From positions 1 to 64,000 of the forward strand of contig CAVPCQ010000039.1 in assembly GCA_963702425.1 (NCBI GenBank): a DNA stretch of 64,000 nt, in the 5' to 3' direction. A program made the position numbers and the translations under genes. Origin of the DNA: an uncultured Acidobacteriota bacterium (GTDB taxonomy: Bacteria; Acidobacteriota; Polarisedimenticolia; J045). This document shows, piece by piece, positions 51,038 to 59,977 of the stretch. The number at the start of each line of letters is the position of its first letter. Position 1 is the stretch's first letter. Under the pieces are notes generated by a model. It saw only the letters and a list, made by a program, of their open reading frames with translations, did not search any database and was not told the DNA's origin.

Positions 51038-53347
51038 ATGCTCAAGTACATCTGGCTGATCCCCCTGGCGCCCCTGGCGGGCTTCCTGTTCATCGGGTTG
51101 CTGACGATGTACGGGAAGCTGCCGGCGAAGGTGGCGGGGCGGGTCGGCGTGGCCGCGTCGGGGCTGGCGTTTCTGCTGGCGCTGGGGGCGGTGGTGGACT
51201 TCTCCGGGGGCGTGGGGAAGTACGCGGCGCTGGCGGCGGCGCACCCGGGGGTCTACGAGGTTGCGGTGGGGTCGGCGCACGAGGCGCCTCGTTTCGAGGT
51301 GACGCCGCTCTCCTGGATGCCGGCAACGGACACGGTGCTGAAGGGCTGGGACGAGGGCGGTGCGCGGTTCGCGCGGATGGCGGTCGACTGGACCTTCGCG
51401 CTGGACGCGCTGACGGCGATCATGCTGATGGTCGTGACCTTCGTGGGGACGCTGATCCACGTCTACTCGCTGGGCTACATGGCCGGGGATCCGGGGTTCA
51501 ATCGGTTCTTCGCCTACCTCAACCTGTTCATGGCGATGATGCTCACGCTGGTGCTGGGCGGGAACATGGTCGTGATGTTCGTGGGCTGGGAAGGGGTGGG
51601 GCTCTGCTCGTACCTCTTGATCGGGTACTTCTACGACCAGGTCTTCGACAAGGAGAGCGGTCTGACCTGCGCCGACGCGGGGCGCAAGGCGTTCCTCACG
51701 AACCGGATCGGGGACTTCGGGTTCCTGCTGGGGCTGCTGCTGCTGGTGGTGACCTTCGGGACGGTGGACTTCTCGGAGCTGGCGGCGGCGATCAACGGCT
51801 CGTCGAGCTACTGGTACGGGACGGGGCTGCTGGCCGGGATCGGGGTGCTGCTGTTCGTGGGGGCGACCGGGAAGAGCGCGCAATTGCCGCTGTACGTCTG
51901 GCTGCCGGACGCGATGGCGGGCCCGACGCCGGTCTCGGCGCTGATCCACGCGGCGACGATGGTGACGGCGGGGGTCTACATGCTGTCGCGGATGGCGTCG
52001 TTGTACTGGCACGCGCCGGTGGCGATGCTGGTGGTGGCGATCGTGGGCTGCGCGACGGCGGTTTTCGCGGGGACGATGGGGACGGCGCAGACCGACATCA
52101 AGAAGGTGCTGGCGTATTCGACGGTGTCGCAGCTGGGGTACATGTTCCTGGGGGCGGGGGTCGGGGCCTTCGTGGCTTCGATCTTCCACCTGGTGACGCA
52201 CGCCTTCTTCAAGGCCTGCCTGTTCCTGGGGGCGGGCTCGGTGATCGCGCGCAGCGGTCACAGCAACGACATGCGCTGGTACGGCGGGTTGAAGAAGTGG
52301 ATGCCGCTGACGGCGGGGACGTTCCTGGTGGCGACCTTGGCGATCACAGGGCTGCCGTTCCTGTCGGGCTTCATGTCGAAGGACGAGATCCTGGCGCAGG
52401 CGCTGTTTTCGAATCGCGGCAGCGTCTGGCTCTGGGTCTTCGGTCTGATCGGGGCGGTCTTCACGTCGTTCTACATGTTCCGCTGCTACTGGATGACGTT
52501 CCTGGGCGAGAACCGGGCCCCGCGCGCGGTGCGTGAGCAGCTGACCGAGTCGCCGCGGGTGATGACGTATGTGCTGGTGACGCTGGCGGCCGGGGCGGTG
52601 GTGGTGGGCTTCCTGGGGATTCCCGCGGGCGTGACCAACCTCGTGCACGCCCCGAACCTCAACTGGTTCGAGCAGGTGCTGCACCCGGTGGTGGCGGCGC
52701 GGGGGGTGGCGGCGCAGGCGGGGCACGGCGCGGTCGCCGAGCACGGCGCGGTCGCCGAGCACGGCGCGGTCGGCGAGCACGGCGCGACAGCGGAAGCTGA
52801 CGCGCCGGTGGAGCACGGCGCGACAGCGGAAGCTGACGCGCCGGCCCCGCTGACCGAGGGCTGGCGCCGGCATCCGGGGCTGACCGAGGAGTGGGGGCTG
52901 TTCGTCCTCGCGGCCGCGGTCTTCCTGGCGGGCCTGGTGACCGCGCGCTGGGCCTACGGCGACGGGATGGCCCGGGCCACGGCCCTGGCCGCCAGGCTGC
53001 CGTTCCTGCGCCGGCTGCTCCACCGCAAGTGGTTCGTCGACGAGTTGTACCAGGCGGTGGTGCTGCAGCCGTTCTACCGCCTGTCCGACTTCTTCGCGGG
53101 CTTCGACCGCTGGGTGGTGGACGGGGCGGTCAACGGGACGGCGCGGGCCACGCTCGCGCTGTCCTACGTCAAGGCGACGATCGACCGCTGGGGCGTCGAC
53201 CTGGCGGTCAACGGGGTGGGATGGGGCGTGCGGATGGGCAGTTTCGCCCTCCGCCGTACCCAGACCGGGTTCGTGCAATCCTATGCAGCCATGGTGGTCG
53301 TGGGGGCCTTCGCACTCCTCGCCGCCTATCTCCTGTTCGTGCGCTGA
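51038..53347 (+). CDS. nuoL: NADH-quinone oxidoreductase subunit L
   Basis: GWEGVGLCSYLLIG, NRIGD, GKSAQLPL..WLPDAMAGPTPVSALIHAATMV, HAFFKA. Confidence 0.96.
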   Translation: MLKYIWLIPLAPLAGFLFIGLLTMYGKLPAKVAGRVGVAASGLAFLLALGAVVDFSGGVGKYAALAAAHPGVYEVAVGSAHEAPRFEVTPLSWMPATDTVLKGWDEGGARFARMAVDWTFALDALTAIMLMVVTFVGTLIHVYSLGYMAGDPGFNRFFAYLNLFMAMMLTLVLGGNMVVMFVGWEGVGLCSYLLIGYFYDQVFDKESGLTCADAGRKAFLTNRIGDFGFLLGLLLLVVTFGTVDFSELAAAINGSSSYWYGTGLLAGIGVLLFVGATGKSAQLPLYVWLPDAMAGPTPVSALIHAATMVTAGVYMLSRMASLYWHAPVAMLVVAIVGCATAVFAGTMGTAQTDIKKVLAYSTVSQLGYMFLGAGVGAFVASIFHLVTHAFFKACLFLGAGSVIARSGHSNDMRWYGGLKKWMPLTAGTFLVATLAITGLPFLSGFMSKDEILAQALFSNRGSVWLWVFGLIGAVFTSFYMFRCYWMTFLGENRAPRAVREQLTESPRVMTYVLVTLAAGAVVVGFLGIPAGVTNLVHAPNLNWFEQVLHPVVAARGVAAQAGHGAVAEHGAVAEHGAVGEHGATAEADAPVEHGATAEADAPAPLTEGWRRHPGLTEEWGLFVLAAAVFLAGLVTARWAYGDGMARATALAARLPFLRRLLHRKWFVDELYQAVVLQPFYRLSDFFAGFDRWVVDGAVNGTARATLALSYVKATIDRWGVDLAVNGVGWGVRMGSFALRRTQTGFVQSYAAMVVVGAFALLAAYLLFVR
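52723..52844 (+). repeat. In-frame minisatellite within nuoL (3 x 18 bp then ~2 x 36 bp)
   Basis: gcacggcgcggtcgccga x3, then gcacggcgcgacagcggaagctgacgcgccgg x2; encodes (HGAVAE)n and (EHGATAEADAP)2. Confidence 0.9.
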
Positions 53348-53385
53348 CCTCCCGAGGGCGGAGTCGGGCGTAGAAGGAAGAGCCG

Positions 53386-55023
53386 ATGAATCTCCCGATC
53401 CTTTCGGTGATCACGTTCCTGCCGCTGGTGGCGGCGCTTGTCATCGTCTTCTTCGTGCCGAAGAAGAACGAGAAGGCGATCATCCACATCGCGACCTGGA
53501 CGGCGCTTGCCGACTTCTTCCTGTCGCTGATCCCGCTGGCGCAGTACGACCGGTCCAACGGCGGCTTCCAGTTCGTGGAGACGGCCAGCTGGATCCCGTC
53601 GCTCGGAGTCCAGTACAAGTTGGGCGTCGACGGCGTCTCGCTCCTGCTCGTGATCCTGACGACTCTGCTCTCGTTCATCTCGATCCTCGCCTCGTGGGAG
53701 TCGATCAAGGAGCGCGTGAAGGAGTACTACGTCTTCTTCCTGCTGCTCGAGGTCGGGATGCTCGGCGTCTTCTCGGCGCTCGACCTGTTCCTGTTCTACA
53801 TCTTCTGGGAGGTCATGCTCGTCCCGATGTACTTCATCATCGGGGTCTGGGGCGGTCCGCGAAAGCTCTACGCGGCGATCAAGTTCTTCCTCTACACCCT
53901 GTTCGGCTCGGTCCTGATGCTGCTGGGGATCATCGCCCTCTACTACTTCTCCGGCGACGCCCTCGGCGCGCGGACCTTCGACATCGAGAAGCTGCTCACG
54001 CTGGGGCCGGCGACCGCGACCTGGCCGCTGGCGCAATGGGTCTTCCTCGCCTTCTTCCTGGGCTTCGCGATCAAGGTCCCGATGTTCCCGTTCCACACCT
54101 GGCTGCCTGACGCGCACGTCGAGGCGCCCACGGCCGGATCGGTCATCCTGGCCGGCGTGCTGCTGAAGATGGGGACCTACGGCTTCTACCGCTTCTCGGT
54201 CCCGATGTTCCCCAAGCAGACGGTCGACAACATGTGGTGGCTGCTGCTGCTGTGCATCATCGGGATCATCTACGGGGCGATGGTGGCGCTGGTCCAGAAG
54301 GACTGGAAGAAGCTGGTGGCGTATTCCTCGGTCAGCCACCTCGGGCTGACGATGGTCGGGCTGTTCGCGCTGACGATCGCCGGCGTCCAGGGAAGCGTCC
54401 TGCAGATGCTGAACCACGGCATCTCCACCGGCGCGCTGTTCCTGATCGTCGGGATCGTCTACGAGCGGCGCCACACCCGCGAAATCTCCGAGTACGGCGG
54501 CCTCTCCAAGGTGATGCCGGTCTTCGCCGTCTACTTCCTGCTCATGACCCTCTCCTCGATCGGGCTGCCGACGCTCAACGGCTTCATCGGCGAGGTCAAG
54601 ATCCTGCTCGGCATCTCGCAGGTCGGTGGCGAGGCCTTCTCGTTCTTCGGTGCGGACCCGTACTGGTGGACCGTGCTCTCGGCGAGCGGCATCGTGCTCG
54701 GGGCGGCCTACATGCTCTGGCTCTACCAGCGAACGATGTTCGGGCCGGTCACCAACCCCAAGAACGAGCGCCTGCCTGACCTGACGCTGCGCGAGAAGTG
54801 GACTCTGATCCCGCTCGTCGTGCTGGCCTTCTGGATCGGGCTCTACCCCAAGCCGTTCTTCGAGATCATGGACGCGCCGATCCATCGCCTGGTCTACGAG
54901 CAGGTCGTCCCGGTGCTCCGGCAGACCGGCGCGAAGGTCGACCTCCCGGCCCCGACCGAGACGCCGGCGCGGAAGGTGCCCGCGCACGCCGGGGCGGAGG
55001 GCGGCCACGGGGCCGCGGAGTAG
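53386..55023 (+). CDS. nuoM: NADH-quinone oxidoreductase subunit M
   Basis: LGVDG.S, FYIFWE, IKVPMFPFHTWLPDAHVEAPT, LLKMGTYG, AYSSVSH. Confidence 0.96.
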   Translation: MNLPILSVITFLPLVAALVIVFFVPKKNEKAIIHIATWTALADFFLSLIPLAQYDRSNGGFQFVETASWIPSLGVQYKLGVDGVSLLLVILTTLLSFISILASWESIKERVKEYYVFFLLLEVGMLGVFSALDLFLFYIFWEVMLVPMYFIIGVWGGPRKLYAAIKFFLYTLFGSVLMLLGIIALYYFSGDALGARTFDIEKLLTLGPATATWPLAQWVFLAFFLGFAIKVPMFPFHTWLPDAHVEAPTAGSVILAGVLLKMGTYGFYRFSVPMFPKQTVDNMWWLLLLCIIGIIYGAMVALVQKDWKKLVAYSSVSHLGLTMVGLFALTIAGVQGSVLQMLNHGISTGALFLIVGIVYERRHTREISEYGGLSKVMPVFAVYFLLMTLSSIGLPTLNGFIGEVKILLGISQVGGEAFSFFGADPYWWTVLSASGIVLGAAYMLWLYQRTMFGPVTNPKNERLPDLTLREKWTLIPLVVLAFWIGLYPKPFFEIMDAPIHRLVYEQVVPVLRQTGAKVDLPAPTETPARKVPAHAGAEGGHGAAE

Positions 55024-55029
55024 ACGGCC

Positions 55030-56607
55030 GTGACTTTCGACACCTCGTCGTACGTCCGCGACCTGTTCTGGCTGGTGCCGGAACTCTGGCTGACGCTGGT
55101 CGGGTTCGCGCTGCTGGCCGCCTCGCCGTACGTCCGCGACGGCGCCGGGCGCCGCGCTGCCGCGTGGGTCTCCGCCGCCGGCCAGGCGGTGGCGCTGGCG
55201 CTGATGTTCGCGCTCTACGCCGGGGTGCCGGGGGTCTTCGGTCCCGCGGCGCCCGACGCCCCGGGTGCGATCTACGCGATGCAGTTCGCCCACGGCCGGC
55301 CCCTTCTGCTGATCGACGGCTTTGCGATCGTGCTGAAGGCGGTGGTGCTGGTCGCCGGGATCCTCGCGACGCTGATGGGGATCCGGCTGCTCGAGACCGA
55401 CCGGATCGGCCGCGGGGAGTTCCACGCGGTGCTGGTCTTCGCGGTGGTCGGAGCGATGTTCCTGATCAGCTCGACCGACTTCGTCACGATCTTCGTCGGA
55501 CTCGAGACGATGTCGCTCTCGGTCTACCTGCTGGTCGGGTGGGCCAAGGACTCCCGGAAATCGAACGAGGCGGCGCTGAAGTACTTCCTGCTCGGCACGC
55601 TCGCGGCGGGACTCCTGCTCTACGGGATGTCGCTCGCCTACGGCGCGACCGGGACGACGAACCTCTTCGGGATCAGGGAGGCGCTGGCGGCGGGCACGCC
55701 CGAGCCGGTCCGCTGGCTGGTCACGCTGGCGATCCTGTTCCTCGTGGTCGGCTGCGGATTCAAGATCGCGGCCGTGCCGTTCCACGTCTGGACCCCCGAC
55801 GCCTACGAGGGCGCGCCGACGCTCGTGACGTCCTTCATGGCGACGGCGGTCAAGACCGCCGCCTTCGCGATGGCGCTCCGGATTTTCCTGGTGGGCTTCG
55901 ATGCCCCGGCCCCGGCGGCGCAGTGGACCTGGCTCTTCGGGATCCTCGCCGCGCTGTCGATGACGGTCGGCAACGTGATCGCGGTCCTGCAGGACAACGT
56001 CAAGCGGATGCTCGCCTACAGCAGCATCGCCCACGTCGGTTACGCGCTCATGGGGCTGGTGGCGGCCGGCGCGGCGCTGGCGGGCTGGGTCCCGGAGCCG
56101 TATCGCACCCAGGCCATCGCGCTCGGCCAGTTCTCGGTCGTGCTCTACATGGTGGCGTACGCCTTCACCGCCGCGGGGGCCTTCGCGGTCGTGATCCTGC
56201 TGCGCCGGGAGGGGATCCAGGGCGACCGGATCGACGACTTCTCCGGAATGGCGCGCCGTGCGCCCGGGACGGCGGCGGTGATGCTGGTCTTCCTGCTCTC
56301 GTTGGCCGGCATCCCGGCGACCGCGGGGTTCATCGGCAAGTGGTGGCTCTTCGCGTCGGTGCTGCAGGGGAGCGGGTACCGCTGGCTGGCCGTGCTGGCG
56401 GCGCTCAACACCGCGATCTCCCTGTACTACTACCTGCGGGTCGTGGTCCGGATGTACATGGAGATCCCGGCCGAGGAGTTGCCGTACGCCGTAGCCCCCT
56501 CGCTGACCGCGGCGGTCGCGATCGCCGCGGTCGGGACGCTGGCGATCGGGCTCTGGCCCGAGCCGGTGCTGCGCCTCGTTGCGGGTACGGCACAGCTGCT
56601 GCCGTGA
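55030..56607 (+). CDS. nuoN: NADH-quinone oxidoreductase subunit N
   Basis: SNEAALKYF, FKIAAVPFHVWTPDAYEGAPT, KRMLAYSSIAH, SLAGIP. Confidence 0.96.
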   Translation: MTFDTSSYVRDLFWLVPELWLTLVGFALLAASPYVRDGAGRRAAAWVSAAGQAVALALMFALYAGVPGVFGPAAPDAPGAIYAMQFAHGRPLLLIDGFAIVLKAVVLVAGILATLMGIRLLETDRIGRGEFHAVLVFAVVGAMFLISSTDFVTIFVGLETMSLSVYLLVGWAKDSRKSNEAALKYFLLGTLAAGLLLYGMSLAYGATGTTNLFGIREALAAGTPEPVRWLVTLAILFLVVGCGFKIAAVPFHVWTPDAYEGAPTLVTSFMATAVKTAAFAMALRIFLVGFDAPAPAAQWTWLFGILAALSMTVGNVIAVLQDNVKRMLAYSSIAHVGYALMGLVAAGAALAGWVPEPYRTQAIALGQFSVVLYMVAYAFTAAGAFAVVILLRREGIQGDRIDDFSGMARRAPGTAAVMLVFLLSLAGIPATAGFIGKWWLFASVLQGSGYRWLAVLAALNTAISLYYYLRVVVRMYMEIPAEELPYAVAPSLTAAVAIAAVGTLAIGLWPEPVLRLVAGTAQLLP

Positions 56608-56666
56608 CGATGGGGGAAGGCCGCTCGCCGGGCCGCCGCGGGCCTTCCCGCGGGCCCGCGGGCGGC

Positions 56667-56695
56667 TTGGACCGCCCCCCGGAATCTGGTAGTCT
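56667..56695 (+). promoter_or_regulatory. Candidate sigma70 promoter of the F0 genes
   Basis: TTGGAC-N17-TAGTCT with an extended TG; same -10 hexamer as the nuo promoter. Confidence 0.45.
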
Positions 56696-56738
56696 CTCGG
56701 CCCCGGAAGCAGGGCCTCCGGGCGGTCCGCTCCGCTTC

Positions 56739-56960
56739 ATGGCTCAGATCCTGCGACAGGCCGCGCCGTTCATGGCTGCGGCGTGGGTGCTGACGGGAGC
56801 GGTGCTGCTGCTCGGGCTGGGCGGCTGGTGGCTGGATGGGCGCTTCGGCACCAGCCCCTGGCTGACGACGATCGGGCTGCTCGCGGGCGTGGTGGTCGGG
56901 ATGTACGAGCTGGCGCGCGTGGCGCTGCGCGCCGGGCCGCCACCCGGGAGCGGACGATGA
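56739..56960 (+). CDS. AtpZ/AtpI-family small membrane protein
   Basis: GWWLDGRFGTSPW...GLLAG; first gene before atpB. Confidence 0.85.
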   Translation: MAQILRQAAPFMAAAWVLTGAVLLLGLGGWWLDGRFGTSPWLTTIGLLAGVVVGMYELARVALRAGPPPGSGR

Positions 56961-57259
56961 AGGGCGGGTGGTTCGCGGCCGCGCTGGCCGCGGCGGCCTG
57001 CTGGTTGCTCTGCGGTGCGCTGGCGTGGGCGGTTCCGCTGCGCCGGCAGGGCGCCGCGGCGTTGTACCTGAAGCTGAAGGCGGTGCGCACCGTCGGCCGC
57101 CTCGTGATCGTGGTCGCGGTCGTGGCCGTGGGAGTCGGGTGGGCCGGGGGAAACCCGGTCGCCGTCACCGCGGGCGCGGTGGCGGGGTGGCTCGCGGCGG
57201 CGCTGCCGGAGCTGATCGCCGCGCGGGGCCGCGGCGGGGACGAGGGAGCGAAGGGATGA
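56957..57259 (+). CDS. Small hydrophobic protein (ATP synthase I-like position)
   Basis: ATGA overlaps at both ends; ~3 hydrophobic segments. Confidence 0.6.
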   Translation: MKGGWFAAALAAAACWLLCGALAWAVPLRRQGAAALYLKLKAVRTVGRLVIVVAVVAVGVGWAGGNPVAVTAGAVAGWLAAALPELIAARGRGGDEGAKG

Positions 57260-58161
57260 TCTGGGCGACGCTGACCGGGATCCCGCTGGGACTGCTCGCC
57301 GCCGCGGGCGGCGAGGGGGGCCCGTTCGACGCGGGCGAGATGATCCTGCATCACGTCAGCAACGGTGTGGCCTGGATCGAGGGCGCCTGGTGGAGCCCCA
57401 GCAAGGCCGTGCTGGTGATGGCCGTCGCCGCGCTCCTCGTGCTCTTCGGTGTCCGCCGCGCGCTCGCCGGTTACGACGAGGACGGCGTTCCGAAGAGCCG
57501 CTGGGCGCAGATGATGGATCCCTTCGTCGAGCATTTTTACCGCGACGTCGCGGTGGCCTACGCCGGACCGAAGTGGGCGAAGCGGGTCGCGCCGCTGCTG
57601 CTGACCTTCTTCTTCTTCATCTTGACCAACAATCTGCTCGGGATGGTCCCGTGGGCCGACTTCGGCAACGTCCTGCGGGGTGTCGTCGTGCCCGCCGAGG
57701 CCGAGCCGGGCGCGCTCAAGACCTTCGTGCTCGACGGGGCCGGGACGCCCACCGGCAACTTCAACGTCACGGCCGCGCTGGCGAGCGTCACCTTCTTCGC
57801 GATCATCATCTTCGGCGTCAAGAAACACGGGCTCGTCGGGCACTTCGCGCAGCTCGCCCCCAAGGGCGTCCCCTGGCCGGTGCGCTGGTTCCTGCTCCTG
57901 CCGATCGAGACGATGTCGATGTTCGTCAAGCCGTTCGCACTGACGATGCGACTCGCGGCCAACATGACGGCGGGACACATGGCCATCCTGGCGATCGTGG
58001 CGATCATCTTCCTGCTCGACAGCGTGCTCGTCGGGATCCCGGCGGTCGGGCTGGCGGTCGGCATCAACCTGCTCGAGATCATCGTCTGCTTCGTGCAGGC
58101 GTACGTGTTCGCGCTCTTGTCCGGTGTCTTCATCGGCATGGCGATCGAATCCCACCACTAG
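57256..58161 (+). CDS. atpB: F0F1 ATP synthase subunit a
   Basis: NLLGMVP, TGNFNVT, KPFALTMRLAANMTAGH, QAYVFALL. Confidence 0.95.
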   Translation: MIWATLTGIPLGLLAAAGGEGGPFDAGEMILHHVSNGVAWIEGAWWSPSKAVLVMAVAALLVLFGVRRALAGYDEDGVPKSRWAQMMDPFVEHFYRDVAVAYAGPKWAKRVAPLLLTFFFFILTNNLLGMVPWADFGNVLRGVVVPAEAEPGALKTFVLDGAGTPTGNFNVTAALASVTFFAIIIFGVKKHGLVGHFAQLAPKGVPWPVRWFLLLPIETMSMFVKPFALTMRLAANMTAGHMAILAIVAIIFLLDSVLVGIPAVGLAVGINLLEIIVCFVQAYVFALLSGVFIGMAIESHH

Positions 58162-58221
58162 GCATCGAAACGAACGGGCCCTGCTTCGCGAGGGTCAGGG
58201 CCGAACGGAGGAGTTCCAAGC

Positions 58222-58557
58222 ATGAGCAAGTCCCTGAGAGTCGCTGGTCTGGTCCTGGTCCTGATGCTCGTCCTTGCGCCCGGCACCGCCGCCTTGGCCG
58301 CCGAAGGGGATGCCGCCGCCGGCGCCGGGAGCATAAAGCTCGGCGGCCTCGGCGCTGCCATCGGTGCCGGCCTCGTGGCGATCGGCGCCGGCATGGGGAT
58401 CGGCCGCTTCGCCGCCGCCGCCGCCGAGGGGATCGCGCGCCAGCCGTCCGCGGCCTCGAGCATCGTCGGCGCGGTCAACCTGCCGCTCTTCCTGCTCGAA
58501 GGCGTCGCGATCATCGGCCTGGTGGTCTGCCTGCTCGTCGTCTTCTTGAAGGCCTGA
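58222..58557 (+). CDS. atpE: F0F1 ATP synthase subunit c
   Basis: GAGMGIG, IARQP loop, conserved Glu in LLEGVA. Confidence 0.93.
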   Translation: MSKSLRVAGLVLVLMLVLAPGTAALAAEGDAAAGAGSIKLGGLGAAIGAGLVAIGAGMGIGRFAAAAAEGIARQPSAASSIVGAVNLPLFLLEGVAIIGLVVCLLVVFLKA

Positions 58558-58567
58558 GGCGGGCGCG

Positions 58568-59125
58568 ATGCCCGTCACCACCATGGGGCTCCTTGCCTCG
58601 GCCGAGGCCGGCGGCGTCGACTCGTTGCTGAAGGTCGACCCGGGGCTCGCCATCTGGACCCTGATCATCTTTCTCCTGCTGCTGTTCGTGCTCTGGCGCT
58701 ACGGCTGGGGGATGATGATCGACAAGCTCGATGCCCGGGATCGCGCGATCCGCGGCTCGATCGAGGAAGCCCGGGCCGAGCGGCTCGAGGCGGAGAAGCT
58801 CCTCGTCGAGCAGAAGGCGCTGCTCGACCAGACGCGGCGCGAGACGGCGGCGATGCTGCAGGGAGCCCAGCAGGAAGCGGGCGCCGAGCGGCATCGTCTC
58901 GTCGAGCAGGCGCGCGAGGAGTACGAGCGGATCGTCGAGCGGGGCCGCGAGCAGATCGACCAGGAGAAGCGCGCGGCGGTCGCGGAGGTGCGACAGGTCG
59001 TGGCCGAGCTGGCGATCGGCGTGGCCGGGCGCCTGCTCGACAAGAACCTCGACACCGCGGGACAGCGCGAGCTGGCCGAGAAGTTCGTCGGCGAGCTCGA
59101 GCGCAAGGGCGGCGCCGAGGCCTGA
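58568..59125 (+). CDS. atpF: F0F1 ATP synthase subunit b
   Basis: PGLAIWTLIIF TM followed by a charged coiled coil. Confidence 0.92.
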   Translation: MPVTTMGLLASAEAGGVDSLLKVDPGLAIWTLIIFLLLLFVLWRYGWGMMIDKLDARDRAIRGSIEEARAERLEAEKLLVEQKALLDQTRRETAAMLQGAQQEAGAERHRLVEQAREEYERIVERGREQIDQEKRAAVAEVRQVVAELAIGVAGRLLDKNLDTAGQRELAEKFVGELERKGGAEA

Positions 59126-59191
59126 GGGACCGCCGCAGGATGACGAGCTGAAGCGCGGGCGACCGGCTGCGGTCGCCCGCGCTCCGTTTCT

Positions 59192-59869
59192 TCAGGGAAG
59201 CACGCCGGAGGCGGTCCGCGCGGCAAACAGGGCCTCGCTGCGCTCGCGGAGCCAGGCGGCCCACCCGTCGAGCGCGACGATGTCGTGGCCCGTCGGCGCG
59301 AACATCACGTACAGCAGGTGCGACGCGCCGGGTCCGACGCTGGTCCGCAGCGAATCGGCGCTGGGGTTGCCGAACGGGCCCTCGGCATCGGCCAGCGCCA
59401 GCCGGCCGGCGAGATGCACCTCGGGCTTGTTGATCCCCTCATACCACTCCCCCTCGCGGCCGAGACGGGCCTCGATCGGGCCCGGGGCGAGCTTGTCGAC
59501 GTCGTAGAGCCCGACCGGCAGCCCGGAGAGCACCGCCCACAGGTTCGCGAGGTCGACGGCCGGGTGGATCCGCGGGAACGGCTCGCCTTTCAGCAGCCGG
59601 CGCAGCAGCGCCTCCGGGCTCGGGCGGTAGCGGGTCGGGTCCATCCCGACGCTTCGGTAGAGCACGCGCGCGGGCTGCAGCAGGTCGATCGCGCCCGCCG
59701 TCCGCCCCGCGTAGCGCGCGACGAGGCGCTCCACCCCGGCGGCGATCTCCTCACCGAGCGCTTCCTCGCCCTCGGGCGAGGGCGAGGCGTCGAAGGCCTC
59801 GACCATCGCGAGCGAGACGAGGTCCTTGATCTCCGGTGCCCGGGTCACTCGGTCGATCCGCATCGTCAT
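59192..59869 (-). CDS. B3/B4 (PheRS-beta editing-like) domain protein
   Basis: DPTRYRPSPEALLRR, VDLAN, PVGLYD, LADAEGPFGNP..DS.RT. Confidence 0.87.
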   Translation of the reverse strand: MTMRIDRVTRAPEIKDLVSLAMVEAFDASPSPEGEEALGEEIAAGVERLVARYAGRTAGAIDLLQPARVLYRSVGMDPTRYRPSPEALLRRLLKGEPFPRIHPAVDLANLWAVLSGLPVGLYDVDKLAPGPIEARLGREGEWYEGINKPEVHLAGRLALADAEGPFGNPSADSLRTSVGPGASHLLYVMFAPTGHDIVALDGWAAWLRERSEALFAARTASGVLP

Positions 59870-59977
59870 CGCCGTTCCTCGTGCCGGGAGCGCGCCGTCC
59901 CGCGGCGGCGATCCGCGCCGGATCAGGCATAATCCGTCGGTCCGGCCCCACCGCCGCGAGGAGCGCGTCGCCGCCGC

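Noticed and set aside
36534-56034. Long antisense ORFs (36534-38393, 47650-49644, 50927-53278, 53326-56034)
   Set aside because: They mirror well-supported genes (glgP, nuo) on the opposite strand
45869-56607. Group 4 [NiFe] hydrogenase or a complex I with a duplicated NuoM
   Set aside because: NuoD lacks both CxxC motifs and keeps the quinone-site His/Tyr; only one nuoM is present
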